A DNA stretch of 64,000 bases from Neoconidiobolus thromboides FSU 785 (GCA_025603075.1 MU626356.1:1-64000); one strand, 5' to 3'. Shown: positions 13,070 through 28,696, counted from the stretch's first letter. Numbers and translations: made by a program. The notes: generated from the sequence alone by a model not told the origin.

Positions 13070-14177
13070 ACATAATAATAAACTATATTGTTATCCAGTA
13101 TCTGATACATCAAAAAAAAGCGATATAGTTCGAATTAAAGTTATAGAGTCTATAGAAAATAGAAAAATTAAAAGATCGATCCCAGCTTACCTTACGAAGA
13201 TAACAGAGAATTTGAAAATTTCGATATTTACTAAGCAATTAGGTAGTTTTTTAAATGATAGAAATAGATTATTAAATGTTAAGATTACTTAAGTTATTGA
13301 TAGCTAAGTTAATAAATAGTCAAAGAATATGTAGCCGTAATAATATGTAAAAACCATTATTACTTGTGCTATATAGGGATGGCTAATTATAGTTTTGGGG
13401 CTAACCGCTCCCTCCCATGCAGCTATTTATTAACTTGGTAATATATTAATAATGTAATTATAACATAAAATAGTTTATTTATTTGATAACAAATCTGCAA
13501 TGTTGGTTATAAAGCAGTTGATAATAAATATTCCTCAATAAAGTTTTATAAGAATATGTATTTAAGATTTAGTAGAAATTCAACTAACTTACAGTATAAA
13601 CTGTAATAGGATGATTTAGAACTGTGTCCGGGTACTTTTGTTTTAATAAAAGATTTGATTTTATAGAATTTTAAGCGAAATTTTTAAAATACAAAAATTT
13701 TTCAAAAATCGAATAAAATAATGAAACTAATTCAGACAGCCCCATATACCAATGATAAAGTTAAATAGGCAGGTTATAATATTGATAATTAAATATTTTA
13801 TATTTATTTAGATCAAATCTACTCAATTTTGTTAGATGTATGATATATGAGTTTGATATGTAAATGAGCTTGGTTAAGTCCACGAAGTATAAGCACTCTG
13901 TTTAATTTTGGTGTTGATAGATAGAGCGGGGAGATATCAATACTTGAAAAAAATTAGCTATTCATAGATTTTTCGGTTTAGTTCTGAAGGAGATATAGAG
14001 GGATTGCGAGATGTCTTATATATACCAATTTATCATCATGATATATTTAGTCAAGAGTAAAGCATTATAAAAACTAAAACATTCTGCAACAACAGCCTTG
14101 TTAAAAAGGATGTTTAATCTATAAATACTATTTAATCTATAAGAAATGGCAAAACTGGAACTATACATGTAACATAC

Positions 14178-14277
14178 GGGGGATGTATTTTTGTGTTTAA
14201 GAATTTTATTAACAATTTTTTCGCTTAAATAGCGCTTAAAAAATGGAAAAAATAATGAAGTTAAAAAAAACACTCCC
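14178..14277 (+). mobile_element. MITE copy 2
   Basis: GGGGGATGT...ACACTCCC, flanks ATAC/ATAT. Confidence 0.9.
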
Positions 14278-14681
14278 ATATAGTCTTAAATAATTGTTAA
14301 AGGCTATTCAATAAAAAATCTCAATAAAAAAGCATAATTAAAGTAGCTATTGTTATCCTTTTCAAAGGGTGTTCAGCTTGGTAGACGGTCATCGCTGTAT
14401 TTAATTACCTAGTATCTGTACCTCTCCTGGTTTACCTCAAATTTAGATTTTTGAGAGCTTTATCAAAATCATTTACAAAATATCGTTATTTATCTTTAGA
14501 AATGCTACTTTACAAAATATGTATCAAAGACAGTTCTTGACCATCGTTTTCAACTAAAGATTTTAAATATATAACAATGTATTTTCAATTTCATATATTT
14601 GACTATTTTTTGTAGAATAAATTTTATAAAATATTGAAAAATATTGAAACAAGAAACACGTTCACCTACTTTTCAACATAT

Positions 14682-14779
14682 GGGGATGTATTTTTGTATT
14701 TAAGAATTTTACTGACAATTTTTCCACATAAATAGCGCTTAAAAAATGGAAAAATAATGAAACTAAAAAAAACAGCCCC
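14682..14779 (+). mobile_element. MITE copy 3
   Basis: ATAT|GGGGATGT...ACAGCCCC|ATAT; its last 8 bp equal the transposon right end. Confidence 0.9.
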
Positions 14780-15136
14780 ATATTCTTAATTAAGAATCTT
14801 GATTCATGTCTACTATTAGAAATATCTATATCTATATTCATAAAAACCATGTATTTTTTACGAGCTTTTCAGAATATCATATTGAAAAGTTACCTTGACA
14901 AAAACTTTTAATTATCACTTGGATTTTATTCATTTCATTCTTCATTGATTATCTTACATAACCCTTAATCCACCAATAATATCGCTTTATCAGAAACATA
15001 AAGATAAATGAATCGTCACATTATACTTAGTGAGTCATATTTTATAAGAGAAAATAAAGGTACTTCAAATAAAAGTATATAAGCAAAAAGTATTTTGAAA
15101 ACGGAGGAGTTTTATTTTTAAAAAAGCAAAAGATAT

Positions 15137-16110
15137 ATGAGATATCTTTTCAGTAGTGGAATCAAACCGCTTAATACCATAATAAATGCTCCTAATCATG
15201 GTATTAAATCGAGTTTGATTAATAAAAGTTATAATTTTAATCTAACTCCGTCTAAAAGTGTGATAAGGTCCTATGTAGAAATAAAAAAATATCCGAAAAG
15301 AAAGCGTATGCAGCCTATTGCAATTGCTGAAAGATCAACAGAAGAAGCGGTTACCAATATCCTTTATGATATGCCTAATACTTCTTTAGCTCCTTCACGT
15401 CGTCATGTAATTAACTGTTTGGTTGGTAATGAACCTGGTGTTTTATCGAGGATATCTGGTGTGTTGGCTGGAAGAAATTTCAATATTGATTCAATCATAT
15501 GTGCTAAAACGGACATCAAAGATTTATCACGTATGACTATTGTATTGAATGAAAGTCCAGTGGTAGTAAAACAAGCTGTAAGACAATTACAAGATTTGGT
15601 AAATATATATTATTTTGAAGATGATTTATTGACAAACCAATTATCAATAGGTACCTGTATGGGCAGTGTTGGATTATACAGGAACAAAATATTTGGAAAG
15701 AGAATTATTGATGGCTAAAGTTTCATTACATGGACTTAGATCTGAGTCAGCTGAAGAAGAAACCGAAAGTATTAAAATTAATCATTCTAGTTCACAAAAC
15801 AATCTTACAGCATTAAAACAACTTACGGATCTTTTCCAGGGTAGAATTATCGACGTTACAAATGAATGTGTTGTGATTGAATTGAGTGCTAAAAGTCAAA
15901 GAGTTGAAGCCTTTTTAACGTTGTTAAAACCTTATGGTGTTCTTGAGGCTGCTCGATCAGGTAAAGTTTATTTAAAATTTTAATCAATTCGTTAATTGTT
16001 TATTAGGTGCAATGGCTATGCAAAGGTCAAGCTTGGATCAATATGACGTTAAGGAAGATGAGGAAGATTCCTCACCTCAAGTTGATTTGTCTTCACTTCC
16101 ACCTGGCTAA
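15137..16110 (+). CDS. ILV6: Acetolactate synthase small (regulatory) subunit, with probable mitochondrial presequence
   Basis: HVINCLVGNEPGVLSRISGVLAGRNFNIDS, LSRMTIVL, VPVWAVLDY, ERELLMAKVSL, LEAARSG, C-terminal SLPPG; introns 15599-15650 and 15961-16007. Confidence 0.95.
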
Positions 16111-16402
16111 TTTTTTAGCATTGTTTTATAAAATTAAATAGTTCAAGATATTTTTTACAATTATACATTTAGTTTAACTATTGACATGATATAAAATTTC
16201 TGCTTGAATATTACTCTTCATAAAGCAACAGGTAACAAATAGTTTATTGTTCAGTTTAAATGTTGATTTTACTAGTCAACGATGCTAAATAAATATAAAA
16301 ACAACCAGCATTGGTGTTGAGTTTGGCTTTACAATTTGGATTAAGGGTTAATAAAAAATTAACTTTATTACAAAAAAAGAAACGAGCTTAAACTATTTTA
16401 AA

Positions 16403-18247
16403 TTATTTTTGGCGAGCAGCTAACATAGCTTTGAGATTTTGCTCATCTTGTTCGCGTCTTCTTCTATCAAGTTCTTCAGTACCCCCTGTTTTACGCAGTT
16501 TTGCGGAGGTAACAAACCCAGTAAGTTCTTCTTCAAATGGATCCACTTGGTTTTCTATTTCCCATTGCCTTGCTTGAATAGCTTGTTCAAGTGCTTTTAG
16601 TCTCTTTTCTGAATTAATATTCACACATTGAATTTCTTGAAGCACTGCATCTCTGGAAAAATTTTCATCAATAGGGGCTACCTCAAATGATTTTCTAGAA
16701 GAATGACTTGCTTTACGTTTCAGCTTTATAAACTCTTGGAGCTGATTGAAAGTTTCCGTTAAATTCGTCAAATCTGCTCGCATATCCTCAACAATAGATT
16801 CTTGCTCCTTTAAAGCTTGTTGCTCTTGTACAATATTTTGAAGGTTTTCTTCCCAGGCTTTTTTCCATGTTGGTTTGACTTCAGAAATAAATTCACTTTC
16901 ATGTAGTAACATTTCGTTTACTTCATCTAGCAATTTTAACGTATATTTCATTCTCAATTCACTTGGCTGACTACGACGTTGGAGAAGATCGGAGCGGAAA
17001 TCATCAACGTTAATTTGGATCTCTTCCAATTTATTTGCTAATGTTAATGCATTTTGTTCCATACGTTCTTTACCGGCTGCTAAAATCTTTTGCATACTTT
17101 GACTATCATTTGAAAGTTGTTCGGTAAATAACGCCGTGGACTTTGAAATTTCTTGGATCATATCATTTGATTCTTTTTGGAACTCATTTGATAGCTGACG
17201 TATTACAGATATCTCATTCTTCAAGGATTTAATTTCTTCATTAATTGGTTTAAGGTCGACTTGAGGTACCTGAGCTGGTACTTCTGAAGAACTTATTGTT
17301 GAGGTACTTGCTTGAGCTTCCCTACTTTGTGCAACCGCTAATTTAACAATCTCATTGAACCTAGAGTTATTATTTGGAATTGCCATACTTAAAGTGTTTG
17401 CTGCTTTACGGTTTTCACCGTTGTTCCTAGCAATAAGGCGTCGTAAATCCTTTATTTCCATCACCATAGTAGAAAATTGACTATCAATCTCTTTTTTAAG
17501 GTCGTTAGATGAAACTAAAAGATTAATAAGTATAAAAATTAAATTATAAAGAAAGTAAATTACTTGTTACATTAAGTTGTAATATCGAGCCATCCTTTAC
17601 TTCATTTACATCCTCAAGTTCATAAAAAACATTAACAAAAGGGTCGCGAATATATAAAGCTGGAAAAGGATCCGATCCTGGATGATAATGAAAGTTTTCA
17701 ACAAAAAGCATATTCAGACTTGCTATAGTTAATGGACCAGTATAGATTATTTTTTTTGTTTTAGAGTCCAACTTAATAAATAATTTTTTAAAACTAACGA
17801 TTTTTTCTACAAAGTTTTAATATCGTAAACTAGATTTTCATGAAAATTATTACCTGAAGTTAATTCTTTATCCATTTCAAAACTTTCTTTTTCATTTATA
17901 GTAGCTTCTACTAATTTTTTATTCAAATTTTCAAGCGTTGCAGCATCGGATATTTCTCCATTTTTTAAAGATTCTAAAGATGCTGGATCAAAGTCCATTT
18001 TTGTTACCGAAGACATCCTATTCCTAGCATTAGCAAGTCTAATAGAATTAAGCGGTGAAATATTTTCTTGTTTCTGTTGCTTTTCTTCTGCGTTAGGCTC
18101 TTTACCAAGTTCAAGTTTAATTGAGCTAAGTGCTCGGATAGTTGTTGCTCTACGCTTAAGCTTTTCGAGCGCCACATTGGAGCTGGAAGTCAAGCGCGGC
18201 ATTGCTGGCCGATCTGAATTAAAACTTGAATCTCTATTGTTTTCCAT
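16403..18247 (-). CDS. BUD6: Actin-interacting protein Bud6/Aip3
   Basis: LYIRDPFVNVFYELEDVNEVKDGSILQLN, KPTWKKAWEENLQNIVQEQQ, FEEELTGFVTSAKLRKTGGTEELDRRR; three ORFs joined by short introns. Confidence 0.88.
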
Positions 18248-20001
18248 TTTTCCTTTTTATTAACTAAGTTTATAATTAATTAACTTTTAAAAAGTAGAAA
18301 TTGATTTTATAAATTTAACAAGACCTTATATTTAATAAAAGGATTTGATTGGTTAGAGTTGCTTATCTTTAGCAAATGGATTTAAAGTTAACCTTATATT
18401 GTTCTGTTTTATACAAAATTAGTTTAGTTTATATTTGAAATAAACGACATAGTAACTAATAATGCTCATTCGATATATAGCAAATTAACACAGAACATAA
18501 ACAATACTAAACAAAAATTATCGTTATTAATGAATAATCTAAAAGGATATTTTTAGATTTCATAATGCTTCAATGAAATGTTTGTAGGCTTCTAAATTAA
18601 TGAGTTCTTTGAATGAAAAATTATATTGTCCTAAAGCTTTACGAAAATCAGAAATTAATGCTTAAATAAGATAAAGTCCTTATAACTCTACTCAAAATAA
18701 ATGAGACTGATCTACTAAGAACTATCCGGTAAATCTATCCCACTTTTTTGAGCACACTTTATAGTCTAGATGGTAAACTCTACTTAACCTAGTTAGAAAT
18801 TAATAGTCTTTAGGACAAATATAATTTAGAATCGTTTTTTAAGAATAATGATTTATAAGTGTTATTAAATGGTGGTAAACTCAAGTACATGTAATTCATG
18901 TCTATTTTTAATAAATGAATAATAGTTAAATTTTATGATAAAAGTTTCATAGTTAAATGGCTTTATAAATATCTTGAGGCATAATACCCTTATATAATGA
19001 AACAATTAAAGGTAAATTAACTATCAACCTTAATTTTGTTGAATTTTTCAAGTGAAATTGAACAAATAGTTTAATTAGGCGGAATTATCCGCTCTTTAAT
19101 TTTAAGGATAATGTGATCCCTATTCATTTTTTAAATTTCTGAAAACAAAATATTTATTTTTATTTAACTAATAAATTGAAATGATGAAATAAATATACAA
19201 ATTATTATATAAGATGAAATCTTTTAAATAAAAGTAAAATTCATTTTACGATACAACTAACCAATAAAATCGATTTTCTGATCCGAATGGGCATAGTTGA
19301 TGGGTTAAGATTATAAATAGCCTCAACCTATGATTTCACTATGGTATAATTAATAATCTAATAACGAATTAATAATCATTTAGCCCAATCATTACAATGG
19401 ATTTTTGGTAGATTAAAAACTGATTTTTTGAAAATTATGCAAATTTAATCTAAGTTTCAATCAAAATCAATTAAGATTCCTAATAATTGTTTAATTTTGC
19501 TAACTTCATTTGTAAATTATTAATCAAATATTGATTTGAGTTAAAAAAATTATTAATGATTTTGATATTTTGCTAAGATTGTGTCGACTTATTTAATATT
19601 TGTTTGGATGCAAGTTATATAAAAACTTCATTTTTTATTATAAAATGTACTCAAATAATGTCAAAGATGTCAAAAAAATACAAGTTTAATATTTAATTTA
19701 AAAGAAAATTTTAATTCATAAAAAATTCTGGAGAAAATTTATTATGGAAACTTGCCTTTCTGAGAATCTCCACAAATCACATTTTAAAGTTTATACTGCA
19801 TTTGTAAGCTTAAAATCACATGATTGGCTACTTTGACTGTGGGAAAGATTGACAGATTACTAATTTAAATCATTCGAAATGGTGTAATACAAAGAAAGTA
19901 TGTTGCAAGGAGGTATTATAAAAATGATAGCAATGGAGGTTCAATGAAAAAATAAAATTCCTTCTTTCACTTTTTATTGATTGATTTATATAATATTCAA
20001 T

Positions 20002-21324
20002 ATGGTCCATAACGCCAATAAAACTTTAAAATTCGCTACCCTTGCTATCCACGCTGCTCAAAGCCCAGACGCATCAACTGGCGCTGTAATTCCTGCCATC
20101 TCTCTTTCAACAACCTTCAAACAATCTGCTGTTGGTGTTCATCAGGTAACTATAACTATAAGATTATTTTACTTTTTTATTAATATAATATAGGGTTTTG
20201 AATATTCCCGTTCTGGTAACCCAAACCGTGACTCCTTTGAAGCTGCTGTAGCTGCCTTAGAGCAAGGAAATCATGGTAAGTTTATCCATACTAATTCTTT
20301 CAAATTTGGTATTAAATTATACTAGGTCTTGCTTTCTCATCTGGTTCAGCCACTACTGCATCCATTGTAAACATGCTTCCATCCGGCTCTCACATTGTCT
20401 CTGTAAACGATGTTTATGGTGGAACTTACCGTTATTTCACTAAAGTCGCCAATACTAAAGGTATTAGTGTTGACTTTGTTGATTTATTGGAGCCAGAGAA
20501 TTTATCCACCGTCATTAAGCCTAATACTAAGGTAGGTCACTTAATATTTTTTATTTACAACTTTTATTTACAATCTATCTTAGATTGTCTGGATTGAAAC
20601 TCCTACCAATCCTACTTTACGTTTAGTAGATATCAGGGCTGTTGCCGAAATCGCCCATAAAAATGGTGCTATTTTAGTTGTTGATAACACCTTTTTATCC
20701 CCATATTTCCAAAACCCATTAACTTTAGGCGCCGATATTGTTATCCATTCAGTAACTAAATACATTAATGGCCACTCTGATGTCGTTATGGGAGTAGCTG
20801 CATTAAATGATCTTAAATTATATGAAGATCTTAAATTCCAACAAAACTCCTTCGGTGCTGTCCCATCTGCCTTTGATTGTTTCCTTGCTCATCGTGGTCT
20901 TAAGACTTTAGCTCTTCGTATGCGTCAACATGAAGCTAATGCTCTCCAAGTTGCCAAATACTTAGAAGCCTCCCCTTATGCCACTAAAGTTATCTATCCT
21001 GGCTTAGAATCACATCCTCAACATGAATTAGCTAAGAAACAAATGAAAGGGTACGGTGGTATGGTATCCTTTAGAATCAATGGTGATGGTGATGTAGCTG
21101 ATAAATTTTTGCAAAACCTTAGAATCTTCACTTTAGCTGAAAGTCTTGGTGGAGTTGAATCTCTTTGTGAACTTCCATCTAAAATGACTCATGGTTCCGT
21201 TTCAGCTGAAGACCGTGAAATTTTAGGAATAACTGATAATCTTATTCGTTTATCTGTAGGTATTGAAGACGCTGAAGACTTACTTGAAGATATTGAACAA
21301 GCTCTCAAAGCTTCTTCAGAATAA
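20002..21324 (+). CDS. CYS3: Cystathionine gamma-lyase
   Basis: FATLAIHA, YSRSGNPNR, DVYGGTYRYF, WIETPTNPTL, VDNTF, HSVTKYINGHSDV (PLP Lys), FTLAESLGGVESL, IRLSVGIED; 3 introns. Confidence 0.95.
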
Positions 21325-21764
21325 GTCAATCTTTCTTGATTATAACCTTCGCTGATTGTTTTTCTTTACTAATAATCTATATTACACTGTTATATTGAAG
21401 GGCTGACTTTTTTGTAAAGTTAATCTCTTCAATCTATTAATTAGATAATCGAACATTTATAAATAAACTATAAATAAATTTAAAATGTAAATGTTTTTAG
21501 TTTTATTATTTTTACAAACATTTCAATACTTGTCATTTTTATTAGAAAGCGTTATTTTAATAAAGTATTGAAGAGATATATTATAAATTTTAAAAATAAA
21601 GCTTTAATTTAGCTAACACCTCCACTTGGAAAAAAATTAAAAAACTAGCTTGCAGCTATAAATAACACTTCATTATCAACCGATATTGAAAATGCTATAA
21701 CCAAAAATATTACATAATCATTTACATTAAAAGATAAAAAAGTCAGTTTGATAATATCTTCGTA

Positions 21765-24700
21765 TTATTGATAAACAGGACTAGTCCCACGCTTCTTTTC
21801 CTCTGCTTTTTTAAGCTTTGATAGCATAGCTTCCGATCGCATATTAAAATTTCTAGTAGGATCTGGTAATTTACTGAGTGGGAAGCCATGGTGCGTTGGT
21901 GCTGTGGAAGGTCCATTACCCACATTACGTGCTGTTGGCGAACTAGCTTTGGAATATTTAAGTCGACGCCATCCTTCAATATCTATCAATGCCTGCATAC
22001 ATCCCCATTCCATTATTTTTTTTTCAAGCCAAACTAAAGAGACTGGTTTAGTCAGGAAATCATTACAACCTGCAGCTAAAGCATCAATACGATCTGTCCT
22101 TAACGATGAGGCAGTAAGAGCTACAATAATAACTGGCGATTGGATTGGAGTAGGAGGTGTACGTGGCGATGGTGTATTTGGCTGAGAGTGAGTTGGTAAC
22201 TTCATAGGCTCACTATTTGAAGAAGTTGGCGGGCTAAAAAAACTGATTTGTCTACTTTTTTCGATTTTTCGTATCTCTTTGGTAGCTTCGATACCATCCA
22301 TAACTGGAAGTTGAATATCCATCTAAATAAAAGAATGAGCAAATGTTTTATGTTAATTAAAAATTATTTACTAAGACAATATGAAATCCACCCTTTTTCC
22401 ATTTTTCGACAGCCTCTTGTCCATCATTTGCAACTGCATATTTTATCTTTCGCTTTTTCATAAATGTAGCAAGAATCTTTTGATTAATCGGATTATCTAA
22501 AAAGTTAGTTATTGAACACAAATAAGAACAAATAAAATTACCTTCAACTATTAAAACATTGATAGGAAGTGACTGGACTTGTGGAAAATAAGAACCAGAA
22601 TTTGCTCCAGGACGCTTAGCTGAGTTCGGTGAAAGCATTGGTCCATCCTTTTTACCTTGCTTATTTAATTTTGCTAATTTAGCAGCAGTACGTGATTGTT
22701 TAGATTTTGAAAGAAGTTTGGATAAAGGGGTTGGTGATGATTTAACCTTTTCATCTGTCACAACAACATTTGGAATAGAAGGATTTAACGGCTCAGGATC
22801 TTCGATTTTCGGTATAACCACTCCTTCCGGCGATTTGACTTCAACTAATACTTCTGGTTTTATTGATGAGGAACTTCCATTGGAGTTTGAATGCCTGTGA
22901 AGAGGTCTTGGTGAGTGAGGGGAGCGGGGAGACTTAATTTCAGGGGACTGAATTTTGTTTTGTGACAAGCTTTTATTTTCATTGAATAACCTAAACCTAC
23001 CCGGAGAATAGCTATTTTGTGAAGCATTCACATGGGAAACATATAAATCAACAAATAGTCTAAACCCTACGGGTTTAGGTATTAATGTAATGCAAGGATA
23101 AAATAAAGAATGGCATTGGGATAAAGTTGTTTCTAAAAATTGAAATACTTCTGGGAAACTATCTGGTGACAGAAGATAGATAATGCTTGTATTATTGACT
23201 CTTCTACAGTGATCTCCTGTATTTCTTAGCAAAATATCATGAATGATAGTTTGAAATGAAGTGAAACAATCGTTGATAATAAAGCATACATCTTTTGATA
23301 TTATACTTTTATCATTTAAAGTTCTTAAGCAGCGAGATAAGGCGGGAGTAGAATTTGGTACTAAATCAATGTTTGCACCAAGCAATTTAAAACAAGAATT
23401 AAGAAAGTTCCCAAAAGTTGAGTCCTGGGAAGTAACTAAATATAACTCATGATCAAGAAATAATTTTCTTGAAGGATGTTCAATTACATTTTCATCAAAC
23501 GATTTATTTAGTATTGCGTGACACTCCTCAGACATTACAAAGGTACATTTTATATAAATAGTTTTCTTATTAGAATCGCCAAAGTAAGTCAATTTAGCTC
23601 CCACTTGCTTTGAAAGTAAAACTAACGGGCTATTCATATCTAAATTCAAATCAATTATATCTGTTGAAGAAGAAGTACTATATGAAACTGTAAAAATAAA
23701 TGAAATTGGAGTATTCACATCAATAGGGGCATCTTTATCTTTTTTTGATTTAGGTATTTTTACTCCGAGTTCAATACTTGAATTGGGCAAAGCTGATTGA
23801 ATCGCAAAGTTCAACATCTACAAACATTAAATATTTATTTAATATAACCAAAATAAACTTACTCTGACTAGAATATGATTCAAAGCTATACCTTCACCAT
23901 AAGCAAACAACTTTGTGAAAACGAGCTCCAAATCATTAATAATAAGCTCTAATTTCTCTCTAGCTGCATGTTTCCCTAAAATATCACCACATAATTGGAG
24001 TACATTGGTGACATCGAAACGATTTTTTGATTTATAAGAAGCTACAAATCCTAAAAACCGACCAGAGCTAAGATCCCTGTAGCTAGTAAGCACATTGCAA
24101 ATCTTTGAGAAATGTTTGAAAAAAGTGTCCAATTTTAGCTCAAATACTTTACAGTTGTTGCTATCTAACACATTTGATTCTCCAAATAAAGCTAATGTTT
24201 TGGAATGTTCTTGAATAACAGCGACGATTGTTCGAAGTTCTTCAACAAAAACACGGATGATTTGTACTTCTTTATTTATATATGATTTATGTGAATTTTC
24301 CGTTGCAACACATGCGGTCATAAATTGGTTTCTAATTTCTGCTTGAAGTTTCAACCTATCTTTCTCGTATAAATTTATAATCATTAAAAGTACAACTACG
24401 AAAAAGAAGGTGAATTCTGGTAAAGCCCACGAAGAGTAAACTAATATAGATGTCGAAGAATCCCCAGTAAAATTATGCTCGTTTAAAGTTCTAAATCCAC
24501 TCATTATGTCAAACATTATATGCAATAAACAAGCAAAAATAGCCATATAAATCGAACCTTTGGCATTTCTTACCAACCTCTCAAATGTCTTCAACACTAA
24601 AGAAGACCAAACACATATATTAAGAAATAAGTAAAAAGAATTACCGAGCTCGGATTTGAGTGAAAAAACAAAGATAAATGTTGAAGAGAAGCAGTTTAGA

Positions 24701-24843
24701 TAATAAACCAATGATAAAATTGTTTTCAATCTTGATTCAAAAAAGTTATTTGTTGAAGCTTCAAAGTTTGGGTCTAAATAAGATATATGTTGAGAGATAT
24801 CTCTAAAAAGGTTGTCACCGCTATAAAATAAATCGCTTTTCAT
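21765..24843 (-). CDS. SSK1: Ssk1/Mcs4-type response regulator with N-terminal hydrophobic segments and degenerate HisKA/HATPase-like region
   Basis: Receiver VLIVEDNPINQKIL...VLMDIQLPVMDGIEAT...GCNDFLTKPVSLVWLEKKIMEWGCMQALID, typical of Ssk1; phase-0 intron 23818-23862 joins the upstream ORF in frame. Confidence 0.85.
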
Positions 24844-25445
24844 CGTTTCTAAAGATCAAGTAATATGTTTATTTGTAAAGAGTTTGATGCCGTATTAATT
24901 TTTTGTCATAACCTTATAATTTCAACAACTATTTTATCAATCTATAAGAAATGTTACTTATTCTTTTCTAATTTACCCTAAATAATGCAACTTTGCATTA
25001 ATGAGCGAATTTCATTAAAATCTTTTTTATTGGTTTGAAGTATTTGCAAATTAGTTAAAGTGAGGAAGAAAGTCCACCTTTTCAAATTGTAATAAAATAG
25101 CAAATATGAAATCTTAATTTGTTTTAAAAAATTCAAATTAAACAATATGATTATACTATAAATAGCTCAAATAAATAAAACTATATAAATATATTTTAAC
25201 AGATGACTGATCAACAATATGACAAAGCAAGTTTAAAAGCACAATTATATAACAAAAAGCTGTATAATAAAGGAAATATCAAATAGATTTAAATAAAAAA
25301 ATTTAATTTGATGTCATTTTAAAATTGCCAATAAACTTTATAAAGAGTATCAGAAATCTGAACTTTTAAAAGTATTATTTTCAAAGCTATCTCTTGCAGT
25401 TTTAATCCTTGATATATCACAAAGCTATACACATGACAATGATGT

Positions 25446-25540
25446 AGAGATGTATTTTTTGTTTAAGAATTTTACTAACAATCTTTCTGCTCAAATAGTG
25501 CTTAAAAAAAGGAAAAAGTGATGAAAATAAAAAACATCCC
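25446..25540 (+). mobile_element. MITE copy 4
   Basis: ATGT|AGAGATGT...ACATCCC|ATGT, matching non-ATAT 4-bp TSD. Confidence 0.85.
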
Positions 25541-25942
25541 ATGTCCTTATCATTTATATTACTTAAGGGCTGGTTTTTGCATTAAAAAACAGTCGAATAT
25601 GTACTATTTGAAGTCATTTATGAGGAGTTATCTAGTGAATAGTAACGTTGCTAGCAGTACAAAGCAATACTATTAAACTTGGAAAAATAATAGAAGACAT
25701 CAATATTGCAGTATACATGATTAGAAATCAAATAGTAATAGTAATAACCAATTAGAAATTTAAAATTTTATATTTTAATGAAAAAACATCCCTTTATTTC
25801 TGACACAATTAAGTTTGAAACATCAAGAGTTAGAGTTTGGTTAAATTTTAAACTCTAGTAACAACTTTATAGTGTGAAATTCTATTGTTTAAAACTTTAA
25901 CTTTATGTGTTTATTAGAAATAGGGTTTAATAACTAAATTCA

Positions 25943-27543
<1,601 letters not shown>

Positions 27544-28696
27544 CAATTAAGAAAGATACTTAATAGCAATTACAAATAAAAAACTAAATTTTAAAATTGA
27601 GAATAATTATATACGTTGGACAATATTTAGTGGCTTCTAATTTAATGCTTTAGTTTAATTAAACCTGCCACTCATTTATTGCATTTTAATTTGTATTGGT
27701 CCTTTTATTTGTTAAAAATTGATTGCTAATTGGTTTTAACACTTTCATATTCTTAACATAATTTATAGTCAATAAATTTATAGAACTGCAAACGTATTAA
27801 TAAATTAAAATTATTAATTATATCCGAATGTTATAAAGTTTGTATATATTGAAATCTAATTATATCAAATTGCTTGGATTAATATATTAATATTCCAGTT
27901 AAAATTTTATATTGAACTTTATAGAATATAAATTTATTAATGTTAATTAAACAAAGTAAAATGCAGTTTAATAGTGTACAATTTATGCAATACTACTGTT
28001 AACTTAAATCCGCTATTAAATTGTTATTTAATAACAATTTAGAGATTATTATACAAGAAACATAGGATCTAAAAAAAGTGGATTTTATTAACATTGTTTT
28101 TAACAATGGTTTTTTTTATAAGCATTACGGCTATCGCACTATACTCCCCTTAATTTGTAAACGAACGTATCAAGCATGCTGGTTTGATGACTATTGTTAA
28201 ATAAAAGCATGTTTTGTATTAACATCTTTTTTAATAACCTTGCTATAAACAGAAGTATGATCAACTACTATTAATAATTATAAAAAGAGACCAGCAAGTA
28301 GCAAAAATGTGTAGATAACTTTAATAAGATTATTTCATAAACTAAAATAAATACCTCTATTGTATTGTAATTCAAAGCTAGAAACTGTTTTCTAATGTCA
28401 ACAATTTATTTTTACCAACAATAATTTTTAAATAGAACTAAAATTCCCTTTCAATGATAGCAACTAATTTATCACCAAAATTCCGATAGGTGTTATCATA
28501 CTTAAGTAATTTTTGTTACTAAGCATAAGTCATTAAATTTGGCTAAAACACAGCCAAACTGATCAGAGATTCATTAGCAGAATTTCCAAATTTATTCAAA
28601 AAATAATAAACTTTGGGAATTTATGGAAAATCGTTATTAAAAATAAGAAAGAGTGGAACAAGTAAAAATTTAATTAATCTTTCTTATAAATAAAAT

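Larger units (their letters stand above)
10059..13743 (+). mobile_element. Decayed DNA transposon (DDD transposase, Sola-like) with 22-bp imperfect TIRs; two partial transposase copies either side of a gap
   Basis: Left TIR GGGACTGTCTTAATTGGTTTCA (10059-10080); right TIR revcomp GGGGCTGTCTGAATTAGTTTCA (13722-13743); ATAT on both flanks; acidic motifs IILDFKQN, IWAD, FFAEHHGKSIVDGHFG. Confidence 0.75.

Noticed and set aside
10059-13743. Fanzor/TnpB cargo in the transposon
   Set aside because: No RuvC-like motifs or second ORF seen between the transposase stop (13069) and the right TIR
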